From Phoronis australis (Eukaryota; Animalia; Phoronida): a DNA stretch of 64,000 bases. The stretch spans positions 186,001-250,000 of the forward strand of contig NMRA01000503.1 in NCBI GenBank assembly GCA_002633005.1, in the 5' to 3' direction. Below the pieces are notes generated by a model. That model worked only from the letters and a program-made list of their open reading frames with translations, ran no database searches and was not told where the DNA came from. The position numbers and the translations under genes were made by a program. The stretch's first letter is position 1. Each line of letters starts with the position of its first letter. Shown piece after piece: positions 39,601 to 54,600 of the stretch.

Positions 39601-42600
39601 CATTGTACCGGAGTTGCTTGATGTACGGAATTGCCACACAATTATGTCTGGGATAGTTAAAACTGAAACACTAACAAAGTTATTGAATTTGGATCCTGAG
39701 TATTGTGTACAATTTGAAAATAAAACAGCATCATTTTTTCACTCTTAAGGTATTAGGAAAGTTTTGCCATTTTCTTACAGTCAGCTTTTCAATACACTCA
39801 ACCATTTGTCTATGGCAAATTATACTACCAAACAGAAATTTGCCAGCAGACAGATTTTGTTGAATGGAAAACTGTTGAGTTCCAACACTTCAACACCTAA
39901 AACTAAGAATACTTTCTTTGAATAATCCAGTTGCACTTCGTGTCCTGTATGATAAATTCATTGATTTTCTGAGCTTGAATGAAAGTGAATTTTTTTGACA
40001 CTGATATTGTTCTCACGTGAAATGAAGCTTTGACTGTTGTAACTTTAATTTGACAAGTCCAATATTTACTGTAGTTATTAATTGTTTCACCAGCTTTCCA
40101 GATGTCATGATGCCAGCCTATGCCAAGTCACCATGGTCGGCCATTTTCTTCATAGTGTATCTATCCATTGAACTTTACTTTCTCATGAATTTGGTGAGTT
40201 GTGTCACAACTATTTATTTTCATTTGTTTGTGTATTCAGTGACAATTTTTTTATAATTCATGTTCCACTAAATACAGATCTAAATTCTGTCTAATCAGTT
40301 GTGATTCTCCATCATAAAGGAAAGCTTTATGAACACAAGTGGTGCATTGCTTGAAGTAATAAGCTTCCATGTTTCAGCCTGGTTTCCATTTAATGATTAA
40401 TGCAATGTCTGCATGCAATGTCTTTGATTTGCAGGCTGGCACGTCGTGTATTATTTTGTGTACTGTCCATTAGATGAAATAATGACTTTTTTCACCTCGT
40501 TTTTTACCCAATGTGGTTAGCATATTGGCGCATGTGCATAAGTTTCCCATATAATCCCAGGTTTTGTCCCCTGCATAGGCCCATGTGTTAATTTGCATAT
40601 AATCCCAGGTTTTGTCCCCTGCATAGGCCCATGTGTTAATTTGCATATAGGCAGACCTGTTTTAACTACCGCTTTGCCTCCTAATGGGAATTTTTACACT
40701 TCTGGTATCTTTGAAATTCCTTTGCATCTTTTGAAGAAATTCGGTAAATAGCTTTGTATTATCATATTGCTGCGCCTTTAGGCCCATGGGTCTATATCCA
40801 AAATAATGCTTTTTGCACTTGATTCTTATATTGGTGCATGCGCCTAATTTCGCATATAGGCGCAATTTTGTACAGACTCCTGTAGGTCTAATGGCGTGGC
40901 AAAATGGTACATTGTCAAATTTCTCCACAAAAAGAAAGGTTGAAGATCATTTTTGTCTTTTACGAGCATGGTTTGCAGTATGTAGATGTCATAAAATAAC
41001 ATTTGCTAATTAGCTCCCATTATTTGTAAACAGTCACCCATTGAAAAATGGAATAAAATCAAAATTTGACAATTGATTTGTGCAAAATAAGTATAAATAC
41101 TCACTAAGCATGTTATTTCTCTCTCTCATAGTTGTTGGCTGTAGTCTATGACACGTTCGGTAGCATTGAGAAGGACAAGTTAAAAAAGCTGTTCATTCAC
41201 AAAAGAGCAGCCTGCCAACATGCCTTCAAGTTGCTCGTTAGCAAGCAGGTAAGTATCAGGTGGCATGTCTGGTAACTACCGTAACAACTGACTGGCACCT
41301 GGCCACTGTTGCATATAACTTGTAAGCTGGATAACAGCAATTTCAAACTACGGATGTCAAGGAGCAGGTTAGCTTATCTAATGAACCCTTTTTAAGCATT
41401 ATGCTATCCAACNCCTGTCATAGTTTTTGGCCTCAACAATTCAACTTAATGGAAATAATGTCTGGATCACGCTTCAGTCCCACGCTGTGCTAATTAAGTC
41501 TGACAAGCAAAGACGTGTACTTCAAACTGGAATTAGTCCAAGTTAGTACTTGTGACTCTTCCCATTGAAACAGTCACAGAGTTTTGTCTGTAACTATGTA
41601 TGCTAACTTTATTAAAGAGCAAAAACAAAGGATTAACCCCAACAATGGTTTACTAAAGATGGCGCTGCACATAGTTTATAGTGTCCTGTATGATAAATTC
41701 ATTGATTTTCTGAGCTTGAATGAAAGTGAATTTTTGACACTGATATTGTTCTCACGTGAAATGAAGCTTTGACTGTAACTTTAATTTGACAAGTCCAATA
41801 TTTACTGTTAGTTATTAATTGCTTCACCAGCTTTCCAGATGTCATGATGCCAGCCTATGCCAAGTCACCATGGTCGGCCATTTTCTTCATAGTGTATCTA
41901 TCCATTGAACTTTACTTTCTCATGAATTTGGTGAGTTGTGACACAACTATTAATTATAATTTGTTTGTGTATTCAGTAACATTTTTTTTATAATTCATGT
42001 TCCACTAAATACAGATCTAAATTCTGTCTAATCAGTTGTGATTCTCCATCGTAAAAGAAAGCTTTGTGAACACAAGTGATGCATTGCTTGAAGTAATAAG
42101 CTTCCATGTTTCAGCCTGGTTTCCATTTAATGATTAATGCAATGTGTGCATGCAATGTCTTTGATTTGCAGGCTGGCACGTCGTGTATTATTTTGTGTAC
42201 TGTCCATTAGATGAAATAATGACTTTTTTCGCCTTGTTTTTTACCCAATGTGGTTAGCATATTGGCACATGTGCATAAGTTTCGCATATAATCCCAGGTT
42301 TTGTCCCCTGCATAGGCCCATATGTTAATTTGCATATAGGCAGACCTGTTTTAACTACCGCTTTGCCTCCTAATGGGAATTTTTACACTTCTGGTATCTT
42401 TGAAATTCCTTGGCATATTTTGAAGAAATTCGGTAAATAGCTTTGTATTATCATATTGCTGCGCCTTTAGGCCCATGGGTCTATATCCAAAATAATGCTT
42501 TTTTGCAGCCTTTTTTATTCACTTGATTCTTATATTGGTGCATGCGCCTAATTTCGCATATAGGCGCAATTTTGTACAGACTCCTGTAGGTCTAATGGCG

Positions 42601-45600
42601 TGGCAATATGGTACATTGTCAAATTTCTCCACAAAAAGAAAGGTTGAAGATCATTTTTGTCTTTTACGAGCATGGTTTGCAGTATGTAGATGTCATAAAA
42701 TAACATTTGCTAATTAGCTCCCATTATTTGTAAACAGTCTCCCATTGAAAAATGGAATAAAATCAAAATTTTGACAATTGATTTGTGCAAAATAAGTATA
42801 AATACTCACTAAGCATGTTATTTCTCTCTCTCATAGTTGTTGGCTGTAGTCTATGACACGTTCGGTAGCATTGAGAAGGACAAGTTAAAAAAGCTGTTCA
42901 TTCACAAAAGAGCAGCCTGCCAACATGCCTTCAAGTTGCTCGTTAGCAAGCAGGTAAGTATCAGGTGGCATGTCTGGTAACTACCGTAACAACTGACTGG
43001 CACCTGGCCACTGTTGCATATAACTTGTAAGCTGGATAACAGCAATTTCAAACTACGGATGTCAAGGAGCAGGTTAGCTTATCTAATGAACCCTTTTTAA
43101 GCATTATGCTATCCAACTTTTCTCATTTAGATGTCAAAATCAATCAAACTTATGTTTTTGCATTTTTCAGTCATTAAATTCCCACGCAGTGGTAATTAGA
43201 TCAAGCCGAAATCTCAAACTTCAAACAGGACTTTGTCAAATTGGCAGCAGTAAGTCTATGCCTCTTGAAACAGTCAACGAACTCAATTCTGTCCATTGTG
43301 TTATCATTTCTATTTAGGAATGCTAGCTCAAAGTATTAAGTATTCTGAACTACGGATTCCACCCCTACAACAAAGGGTTTTCGAAGATGGCACTGTGTGC
43401 AGATTGAAGATAGAACAACTAGTTTTCATCATCAAAAAATAATTAAGTGTTACATAACAGTAGCAAAATATTATGTGCTGTATGAATTGTGTTTGCTATA
43501 TTTTTATTGATTTATTTTTCAGCGACCTGATCATATTACATTACGTCACTTTAGAGGTCTTATGAAGTTCTACAAGTCTTCCAAATGTAAGGATCATAGT
43601 TTACAAAATGTTTTTGAAATCTAAAAATGTGCAACATGGAAATATTCAATTTTCTCTGGTTGAAAGAAGGAGAGCATAAAATGGTGCTGCATCGATCTTG
43701 ACTCATTTAGTTAAATCATGTCCAAATTTGTTTAATTCAGCTTTCTATGGTAACTACAAAAAGTGTGCTGTCGAGCTTCAACATTTATTTGCCAAGGCCA
43801 AGAAATTTTGAATTCTATTTGGCAAATTGTGCGCAAAAGTAGTAGAGAATCACCATACTGTTTGTGCTCATGTGGGTGTATGTTGTGGTCATCTCTGACT
43901 GTCTCCTAAACCTCTGATGGATTTTTACTTTACTGTACTGACTGTTTGGAATACTCTGGTGCCTGCAATGCAGCATTAAGGTGGTACAGTCTAACACTTT
44001 GGTGCTCTTTTTCCTGAACAAAAACCGCATCCTTGAATCTGCTGTTAAGTTTTTCACTTTGTGAGGCCATGTTTTCTCTACACTCTTTAAGATATATTGC
44101 CAAGGTTTAACAAGAGAAGACTATGTAACTTAAAGATAAACTTCTTTAAACATAATGTGACTCGTAAATAGCCTCCCGTTGTGTGACTGCAGTCCCAGTC
44201 AACCAATACTGAGAGCTTTCGTTTTTGTTTCAATTAGCGAATTATGGTATAAAGACCAGAAGATTCTAGTAGTTCAAAATATGTTAAACGTAAAATAGTG
44301 TGATATAAACTCACAAATGTTTTACAATCTGTAATTTTTACATAAAGGTATTGGTATTTATTTTGCTTCTTGTACATTTTTAATAAAGGTGTTGTTGAAG
44401 ACAAAAACACCAGTTTAGGATGCTGATAAGGTATGAGATTATGTATAGACTTATGAATATAAATGTACAAGCGCCTGACACTGTCACATGTAAAGCAAAC
44501 TTGTTGGAAATTTTGAGTATAAGTTGGATACAAATTTTCTTATGGAATATGCTTACTGTCTCTCAAACAACTTTGGTGTAGATAGGTTGCAATGAAAAGA
44601 TGGTTCTACCATTTGTTCTGTCGGGGAAAGTGGTCTCCTTAGTAACTCGTTCAGACCTAAGGGCAGTCAGACTATCGTTAAGATACGAAACTCAACTAAT
44701 CACATTATTGGAATGCAAGTCCACAAATTGACTGGAAGCATACCAGTTTTCAAGTTGATTTTCAAGTGTAGAGATTGGACCCTGTGCCATGGAGTGTACC
44801 TTATACGTCTCTGTGTGCATGTTTTTCAGCTACTCGAGATGTCTACCTTATGTTTAAAACACTCAATAAGAGTGAGACAGGCCATCTCTCTCTTGAGGAA
44901 TTCTTCATGGTCTATGATGTCAGCGCCCTCAAGTGGAAGGTAAAAGTAATTTTAATGTACTGCTTTGCGCAGAAAATAATCAGATAAAGTGACCTGGAAT
45001 TTCTCAATATGAAGGCTGGGCTTAAGTGGAATTCATTGTCACGACAGGTGTCTGTCATAATTCATACTGACCGGGAATTTACTTGAAAGTTGAAAAGGTG
45101 GATGTGGGATGAGGAACATTCAACACACTCTTTAGTTTTGTCAAAGCACAGAAGCATCTTTCCCTTGACTCGGGTTCTAATTCTGGTGTACATGACAGGC
45201 TGTGTCATCAGGGAGGAAATGTGGTTTCTTTCATTCACGGACACTTGGAGACAGCTGTATTTTTTCGTGTGAATATCTTGATTATCCAACCACACAAGGG
45301 TGGTAATTTGGCAGCACTTATAAAAAGTCTGGGAAACCTCACTTCATTAAACCTTCGTACAAGTGCACAAAACGCTGTCGGCCAACCACTCTATGGCCAT
45401 CTATTGTCAAGGCATATTCCTTTATATCTCAAAAATGACATTAAACTGGCCATGACAAATCATGATCAGTCATTTTGTCTGATCACTGTTAGTGTGTGCT
45501 ACTGACTTAATCTTGTCTATTCAATGACTTACAAAATTTCAGAACAATGTTTGGTTTTCTTTTCCATTCTATGTTTGCTTAGTGAGTGTGACACAGTCTC

Positions 45601-48600
45601 CTCAATATACGTACTCATACAAACTGAATCACGGGATAGCTAGTGTTGATATAGTACTAAGTAGAAAGAATGGTCTATTCTGTGGTAATTCTGTGAGTTA
45701 CAATGCCATTATAGGATTGCGGAGAATGAAATCGGTTTTGGAATGTTTTTGACTAGAAAATTGCTTTTAGTATGTTCTAGTAACTCATTTCCTCGTCTGT
45801 TTTTGGTGTTACGATCATGGTAGCATGTTACTTCATTGATATTTTCTTTGGTCACAGGAAAAAGACAAACAGCTGTGGTTCTCAAGATTTGTAAATCCTT
45901 GCAAGAATGTCTTTTCAGGTTTGATCATTTCTTAATTGCCATAAAAAGATTTATTTAATATTAATGGTAAGAAGCAGACTGAGTATACTGTGGTGTTGAT
46001 GAAACGGACATGTACCATTGGCGAGAAGATAAAACTCTGCAGCTTAACATTATTAAAATGTTGCTTGATCATCTGGATGAATGACTGTTCAGAAAACAGT
46101 TTTTGTTGTGGCATTTGAATCTAGGGTAATATTCTCTGCAAAAATTGTCTGAAGTATCAAGATTGTGTGAGAAAACAAAATTTTCAAACACGAACCAATG
46201 CCCAACGTCAGCCTTATGCTGAGGATGTTTTGTCATGTTTATATTTGAGTGTTACCATGGATAAAATTCCTGTGTTGTGGTTGTCTATTCTTTCAAACTC
46301 ACAAATGAAAGCAATCTTTCTGCTTTTATTTGTTGGTAATCCTAAAACTTCCATATTTATTTGTATTTAACGTGTTAGCCTCAGGTGGCAGACTCTTCGG
46401 ATAACTATTAAGAAAGTCACACTGTCATTTTTGCATAGATATCACTGATAGTATTGAACGGTCTTTGATTGCAAAGTAATGTTATTTAAATAGATGTTGC
46501 TTCTTTTTTCAGCTATCCACTGGTTTGTTACTTGGAAGTGGTTTGAGTGGGCAATGTGTAAGTCAATGAAGACTCGGGAAACTTGGTCCCTTGGTCTGAC
46601 CAATGAGTCATAAAAATTATATTCTGCTTGTCTTGCATTAGTGTGGCCATAGGCTCATGAGAACTATATTCTAAAGCTGCGTGTACCTTAAGGAGGGTCT
46701 GCTTTGCCACTTAAACAGTATGGAGAAATCTCGGGCTCTCCATGTGTTTGCTCATTGTAAACGTTTATCTGGACTGTGTTTTATACACGAGAAACAAGTT
46801 CTTGCAAGATTTTGGATGGCATGCATTACAAGTGAATCGCGTACTTTCACTGGTTTCACTTGGGAATCTCGGGCTGGCATCTATTCTCTGTGCTCAACTC
46901 CAAAATTAACACATGGCGTGCTTCGAGTTAACTTACAAATTTGCATTTGAAAAGTAGGCTGTGACTTATTAAGTTTTCATTCAGAATCGCAGTCGAAGCC
47001 AAGTTAGGAGATTATACCGTGGGGTCTGGTTAAGATCCCGGATACATGCCTGTGCTGAGCTCTTCAAACTTGTAATGCCATTCTCGTACCACCTTACACA
47101 CTGTTTGTTCTTTTCAGACGTCATCATTGCTGCCAACTTCACCTGGATTCTAGCAGAAGCCATTCAGTCATCCATTGACACTTCTAAACAAGCAGTGTTT
47201 CAGACCACATGGTACTCCATAATGTTTGTGGCTAGTAAGTACTGCATGGTTGGCTGCTACAAATTGGGCCATTGTTCTCAAAACGAAGTGAAGAGATGTG
47301 AGGAAATTTTTAGCGTTATTCAAGTGGTGGGGAATAACATGCAGTGTATTCAACTGTACATTGTCTTTAACGGGACATTCTAGCTTAATGCTCTTCTTCA
47401 GTGGTTCAATAACTTTGCTTGTCGATTAAATTGTGATGCACGTATTGAAAAGTGTATTCACTCATTATGACATCCTCAGTTATGTACTAGATACTTTAAT
47501 AGTGTTTCTGGCCACCCTGCTTTTAGTTTTACCACATCCTTCCATTTAACTCCATTGCTTTATAACAGAGTCTGACTTTCAACAGACTTCTACATATTTG
47601 TAGGAGGTATTAGACAATTCTTGTATCACCTATTATACTTTTTTCAAAATACTCTGTATGCTCAAATTCGTGGTACTTCTTTATTTCACCCAGTTTACGC
47701 AGTCGAAGCACTAATCAAGATACTGGGGCTGGGTCCTATTTCGTACTTCACCAATGGATGGAATGTGTAAGTACTTTAAGGTATTTTCTTACATCAGCAT
47801 TAGCTTGGGATCGAACCTGAAACCCCTGCGGTCACAGTCATTCGACAAACACGCTGCCGTTCAATAAATGTCGGAGTATTTTTACCATCTTTAACTGGTA
47901 AAGTGACCAGCCTTGATTTCCGCGGATGGCTGGCAGATAATGTTGAGAATTGGAGATTTGCTATCAAGTCACACAAAACTCTATGGATCTTATTGTTTTA
48001 AAGCTCTGATGAAAGCTACAATAATCTCATCAATGCGTTTTGTCCCATTAATCCCATAGTTTTCCTTTAACAGTCTCGTGTATCTTTATCACTTGTAACA
48101 GCTGTCAACTCTTAAACATTCTCTGAGACCATGACTGGAGGTGGATGTTGTTAATACATTTATAACGCTGAGTCTTTCTTGAGGCATCTGAGGTCAAATT
48201 GTCATTTTGGATGGAAGGAAAATAGATCAACCTGACGGAGCAAAAAAATTCTCTAAAACCCATGCAAGGAATTCCACCAGCTGAGCCATTTCTTCAGTCC
48301 CCAAAATAGGTTCGGTTAGTTGATACTTTACAAAATTAGATTGGCATGTGAATTATGTAATTTATACACTGTTGTGGAGACACAAACCCCTGCAAAATGG
48401 AAGTTTGTTACAAGTAGCCTCCAAAAATTGGTGATTTCCTCTTCAAAACCGGCAATTATATGAACAAAGTATAATTTTAGATACTTACACAAGTACTGAG
48501 TATATTTCCTTGTGGTTTCAGCTTTGACTTCCTGGTTCTTTTGGCAGCCATTGTGGGAGTGTTTGGAGAGTTGTTTGATGATAGTTTCTTCTACATCGTC

Positions 48601-51600
48601 GTCTTGAGGCCTTTTAGGTTGCTCAGGTACGTGTCACACTTTCAAAATGACTCCTTGGATCTGTGACTGATTCTCTACAGATTTTTCCATTCTAATTCGT
48701 AAATACCGGTTAGGTGGATTTAAAGGTATAATGAGCACAATTTAGATGACCTAACTATTATCTTGACACATACCGTTTCACACAGTGTCAAGTGTTTTGA
48801 CTTAATTTTGTGACTGAAATTGGAGTTGGGAAATACAGCAAGTAAACACTCCTGGTTTCTATTAAAATTTCACTGTCTTCAGAATAGAGCTCATCAGTGT
48901 TATTTTTGCTTCTTATTTTATCTTATTTTGAAGTTGACCATTTTTGATCCGCAGTGCTCAATATAACTTTAACTGTCTGAGCTATTGACTTCTTGTAAAT
49001 GTGCTGTTTTAAACAGTGGACCTTTTTGTCTCGTCTTAGCTTATGTCCTTTTTTGTTAACATTGCAACCCTCGAGTAGAAACTGTTTGTCTTCAACTTAC
49101 TGGTTAACAAATGTGCTTTTCTGCATTCTGTAATGCAGCCCATCAGCATCATGATAATTCGCCACCACCATTTTTGTTTTATATTCTGGACTCTTAATTT
49201 TTCAGAGTGTTCAAGCTGAAGAGGCGCTACAGAGATGTGCTGGGAACTCTGTTCATATTGCTTGACAGGTTTTTAAGGTAACAGACTGAGACATCTCTCA
49301 TGGTGATTAGATATTGCGTGAAGTCTCAGTCAACTACTGTTAGCCAGTTCATAGTGCTAGCCATCCACCTAGCTGTTTGAAGACTCGATTTTCCGATGTC
49401 TCTCTGGAGATGACAACAACTTTGGTAATGCAAAATTTGCTCAGAAGGTCAGTTTGCTGGTCATAAAATACTAAAAAAATTACGATGACGTGAATTCAAT
49501 CCTGGTAACTAGTTGTGAACTCTGCACAATCTTATGGAAAATGAACAGTTGGTTGAATAAGCAAGGAAAAAATAGATTGACCTGTAGGTGACGCTCCATT
49601 TCATGACACTTAAGCTAGTGCTCCACAAAATCAGCAGCATATTAACGGTACATCAGTAATTTATTAGCATCCTTAACCTTTTTGCTTTACTCAAAGAAGT
49701 ATCTAATGATAAGTTATTTAGCCAGTTTTTTACCCACATAGTTCCAAAGCTGTATGTTTATACAGTGTTGCACAAGTGCTAATCTAGTGCATGCTGGGTT
49801 GACTTCTGTAGATACAAGAATCTCACGGAGAAAGCTAGTGTGCTCACATGCTATCTGGCAATATCGCAAAGTTTTTGGGTTTCTGCGAGATTCTTGCCTC
49901 TGCAGAACACATACCAGTTCTGTGTACAGCATGGTGAATAAGATAAAAGTTCTGTTGAAATTTTCAACTTAAGTAACCATTTGACAGATATGTTTTATTA
50001 GTCACATGCTGTGGACATTCAGCTATGATAAAATGATGCGATACAATTGATTATTTGTGAGGAGATAGTTGTATGATATTACTAAAAATTGGCATTTTTG
50101 TGCGAAATGGGAATTATTTCAGTAGAAACCAGCTCTGTTGTCAATCCTTTCTGCAGGAAAGCTTAACTCATACCAAAGTAATGCCGCTGTTTTTGTCTTT
50201 TAATACAAGTTCAAATGTTTTGTTGATTGTGTAAAATTAGACTTTTGTATAGGTTTCTGGGGAGAAACTATGTTGAAGACAAACTAACATTTTTTCTTGG
50301 TCGGCACAAAGATCTTTTCAGACTTAACTATAAGTTACATGATGTGTCCAACATATTGTATTTAAGATGATTTACAACAATTCTTACTTACAACATATCA
50401 ACGCGTTGTTTTATATTATCAGTCCAATTATATATCAGTAATTCAAAATTGTTCCTCTGTGTATTGTTTTCAGTTTGGCCATTGCACTCGTCATCCTCTA
50501 CTACTTCTTTGCCATAATTGGGATGGAGATTTTTTCAGTCTATGATCTCAAGAACTGTTGTAGGTAAGCACTGCGCTTGAGTTCAGATTATAGCTGAAGG
50601 CATTTGCATATTCACTTCCATTTTATTGGTTGATCCTGACGTACTTGTCCTATTGCGTACAATTATCAGTGTGTCATTGATATTTGATTGGTAATTATAT
50701 GAATGGCATGTTTCTCTTGCCAGTTTTCCGTGTGTCACCATATTATTGGTTCTACGGTACGACTGTAGCGACTTGATGCTCACTAGGTGGTGGTAATGGT
50801 CATCAGAGGGCGTTCTTTATAAATTCTGAATAGATTGAGAGCAGAATGCGTTTCATCAGGACTGGTGCATTTGTGTAATGAGGGTCGCTCATGACCTGAT
50901 TGTGTGCACGCATGCATTTCTACAAGCAGGCGCCTTGTTACACTAGCACCACCTAGTGAATTTTCTGTTATTGCCATTTTATGTTCGGCATTTGCGTTAT
51001 TGTATTGTTTCACTTCACTGTATGTTGACACATGAGGACACTTGTAAAACAGTTGCTGTACTGACATGATTATCTTCATTTTAAGCATAGAACGAAGAAC
51101 TAAATATTAAGTAAACAAAACTGCATCTCCTCAATGTTTAGCTGTCGAAACCAAAAATGAATTAAGCTACTTTAGCTCATAAAATCTGTCTCATAATATC
51201 ATTCACCACAATTTCCATTCATTTTTCTGATACTACATTGAAACCATCAGCAACTCAAGAAAATAATCCAAAAATGTTTGGGGTTATCCAACCCTAAAAT
51301 TGTGCTTACATGCATCTCTTGTAACTCAAGTAACCAGTGCATGGGACAATAATTCATCATTGGATTGAGTGTGGTAATGCTTTTGAATCTCAAATTTAGT
51401 TTATAATTCAACATTGAAAACTTAACAGTGTCAAAATGCCCCATTGAGAAAATCATAGAGAATTGTTACGTTTTCAGAAACACAAGTGTTAAAGATTATT
51501 ATCGTTATGACAACACAAGCCTGTTTGAAGGTTACTACTACCTGAACAACTTTGATAACATCCTAATCAGCGGAGGTAGGTATTTAATTCTCTATCAATA

Positions 51601-54600
51601 ATTCTGCGTTAATAAGGTGCAGCTAATGATCTTCCTATACGTTCACATTTTTGCAAACGTTTTTTAAGTTTTGTCTGCAGGCCACCTGTTGGCAGGTTCA
51701 AGATTTACATATTTGTGCTCATATTTTCACTCTGACAAGTGTCCTCAGTATTTTTCTGTTTTGTCTCATGAATATTTTTGTCTAGCGCAAACCCAAAAAT
51801 ATCCTGATTTGTATGCATGACTTACTCACGTTTGCTTAATTAATTTATTTTTTCATATATTATGAAGACATTGTCTAGCCACGTCTAAGTTCTTAACACA
51901 ATTTGTTTTCAGGTAATCTTGAAATAGGGATAATTTTGTATCATTTTAATTTATGTTAATTTATGTGATTCTAGTTTTATTAGAACCTGTGTATCAATTT
52001 TGAGCTTTTGAGAAAGAACTGTTCAATTTCTGAATTTGTGAATTTGTACCTAAGAGTTCTTGCGACCCACTTTACCAATATGAAGCAGTGATGATCTCAG
52101 TGTGCAGTGTGCTAGACTTCACACACAATGTGCTGTTGAAATGTCTGTAAACACTTCTCGTTTCCATTGTTTGCAGTCACACTGTTTGAGCTGACGGTCG
52201 TCAATAATTGGTTTATAATTATGGTGAGTACTGCCATTGTTTCTGTCAGTCTTGTGAATGCAGAACTTGGATTTAAAGTGGCTATAAGCTTACCTTCCAT
52301 CACAAAACAACTTTTGATTTAGAACACAAACCATTATGAAATTGGTTTCAAATTGTTTGTTGGTTCAATTAGACGTGATTTCTGGACTTGGAAGAAGTGA
52401 CGGTAAGATCAGCCTGTACAAGTTGTCTTGTCATGGCGTGTCTTTTTATACGCCAAGCATGGTCTCGGGCAATAACAAAGTGCCAGTCCTTCAAAATTCC
52501 AGAATCACCTCTCATCTGAGAAATGGAAAAGTTATGACTCAGTTTTATAGCTGTAAGTGATCTAAACCGAAAGTTAGTTTTATTTGATGGAGTGTAAGTT
52601 TATAGCTGCTTTAAATAAGAAATGGGTTGTTATTTTGTCGGTAGGAAATGAGTAATGTTAATTATAGCCCAGTATTGTAACCAACCGAGCTATCGGAAAC
52701 TAGTATCTTCAGTTTCCATCAAGTAGTGTTCTGTTAAATACCAATTAGAGTGGTCCCTAGTGTTTAAATAGTTAAGTTTCAAAGTTCATTCATACTTTAG
52801 ACTTATAATAGCTTTCATTGCTCAATGGATACGCACCTTAAGCATCAGAATGGAGCCGACTCTACTTTTTTACAACTTCTTTCATTGCAGGATGGATATG
52901 CACCTTAAGTATCAGAATGGATCCGACTCTACTTTTTTACAACTTCTTTCATTGCAGGATGGATATGCATCTAAAGTATCAGAGTGGAGCCGACTCTACT
53001 TCATGGTGTTCTACATCACAACCATGGTGGTCATGACTGTAGTCGTGGCATTCGTCTTGGAGGCATTCATCTTTCGTATCCAATACCGACGACAAATGAA
53101 GGATGATGTGGATGGTGATTAGATATATTTTCTTTCGTTAGGTCTAGAACATGATGTTTGAAAGGTCTCTCCCCCTATTGGTGAAGCTTAGGTGTTTAGG
53201 GGAGCGTGGGTCAGTGGGCACACTTAAATTTGGTCTAAGATCGAAGTTAACAGCTCAACTTTACTTCACAGCAAACAGGTGGATTTAATAATGGAGCGGG
53301 GAACACTCAACTTGGGTGTCCATCGCAGTTATTAGTAGGGGTCACTGCTATGACATTGGTGAAGGTCATATTGCACTATCTTGAGATAACTTTGATGACA
53401 GCAGCGTCACCTAGTGATAACTCCAACATCTGTTAACTACTAAAACTAATAGGAACACTCAAGTTAACGTCACAGTTTACAACGTTTCGGTAGTACTGGA
53501 TTTCATTTGATGTGAAAATGCCTCTTGTTCCCATGTAGCACCGTCTTTGAAACGCATACACTTTTAGTTCGTGTTCATAGTGGAACCTTTTGTTCTTCGA
53601 TACAGCGAGTTAGCACTCTTACACATGATGAAACCATGAACAAATTAAGTACCACGGGAAGATTCAGTGGCGCTTACTTGTTTGATTTATTCCAGTTTGA
53701 AGTTTTGACTTAGTCTAATTAGCAGTGCATAGGTATTTAAGGCATGAAATGACATAAGTAATGATCTGATGCAACAATCCTCTGTTGTAATGGAACAATA
53801 AATGAAAAATAGTGGAAAAAATGTAAAATACGAACTGTCATAAGGACTAGAGCAGTCAAAGTTCAACTGTGACCTTGTGGATATTGTTAAATGATGTTAC
53901 AACAAAGTTAACGGCACTTTCAAAAATGTTTCTGAATTCGTCATAACCAAATCAGCTTTTTTGCAATACGCTAAGTGTTTGTTGAGTCTTCTGGGATGGA
54001 GCATTGTAAGTGAGCGAACATGATAAATGAAGTGATTTGCCATACGGTTTAACTGTATATTACATTCAGATAATTATAGTCGCATACTATGGGACAGCGG
54101 TTGTACTTTTGTGGAGGTGTGCACTCGCCAAGTGCTTGCTATTTACTGAATTAAGCATTTTGCCCTGTTAAGCTAGCTAACAAATTAATCAAATTCAAAT
54201 TAGTCCTTTTGCTCTCGTATTATCGGTCACATAATATTCCTTACTGTGGTAGGATTATATTTCCATTTCCCTCAAGAACATTGAAACGATCAAGGATTCA
54301 AGAAAACGCTTCTGAGTTTATTGGGTTTGGTTATCCATAAAATTGCAGGTTTGAAAATGATGCATACGTATTGTCTGTTACTTGAATTGCTAGCATACCG
54401 GGTAATTCAAATTCAGATCACCATTGCAATGACTAAACCCCAAATGCTTTGGTTAACAATTCAATGTTGATATCTAAACGGCAGAATGCAGCTTCAATAG
54501 CCATTTTCTTATACAGCAGCTACATGATAACATATGCCTTGTGACTAGATGGCAACAGGGTAATTGGTTGACAATGTTTTGCATTCTTACATGGATTTAA

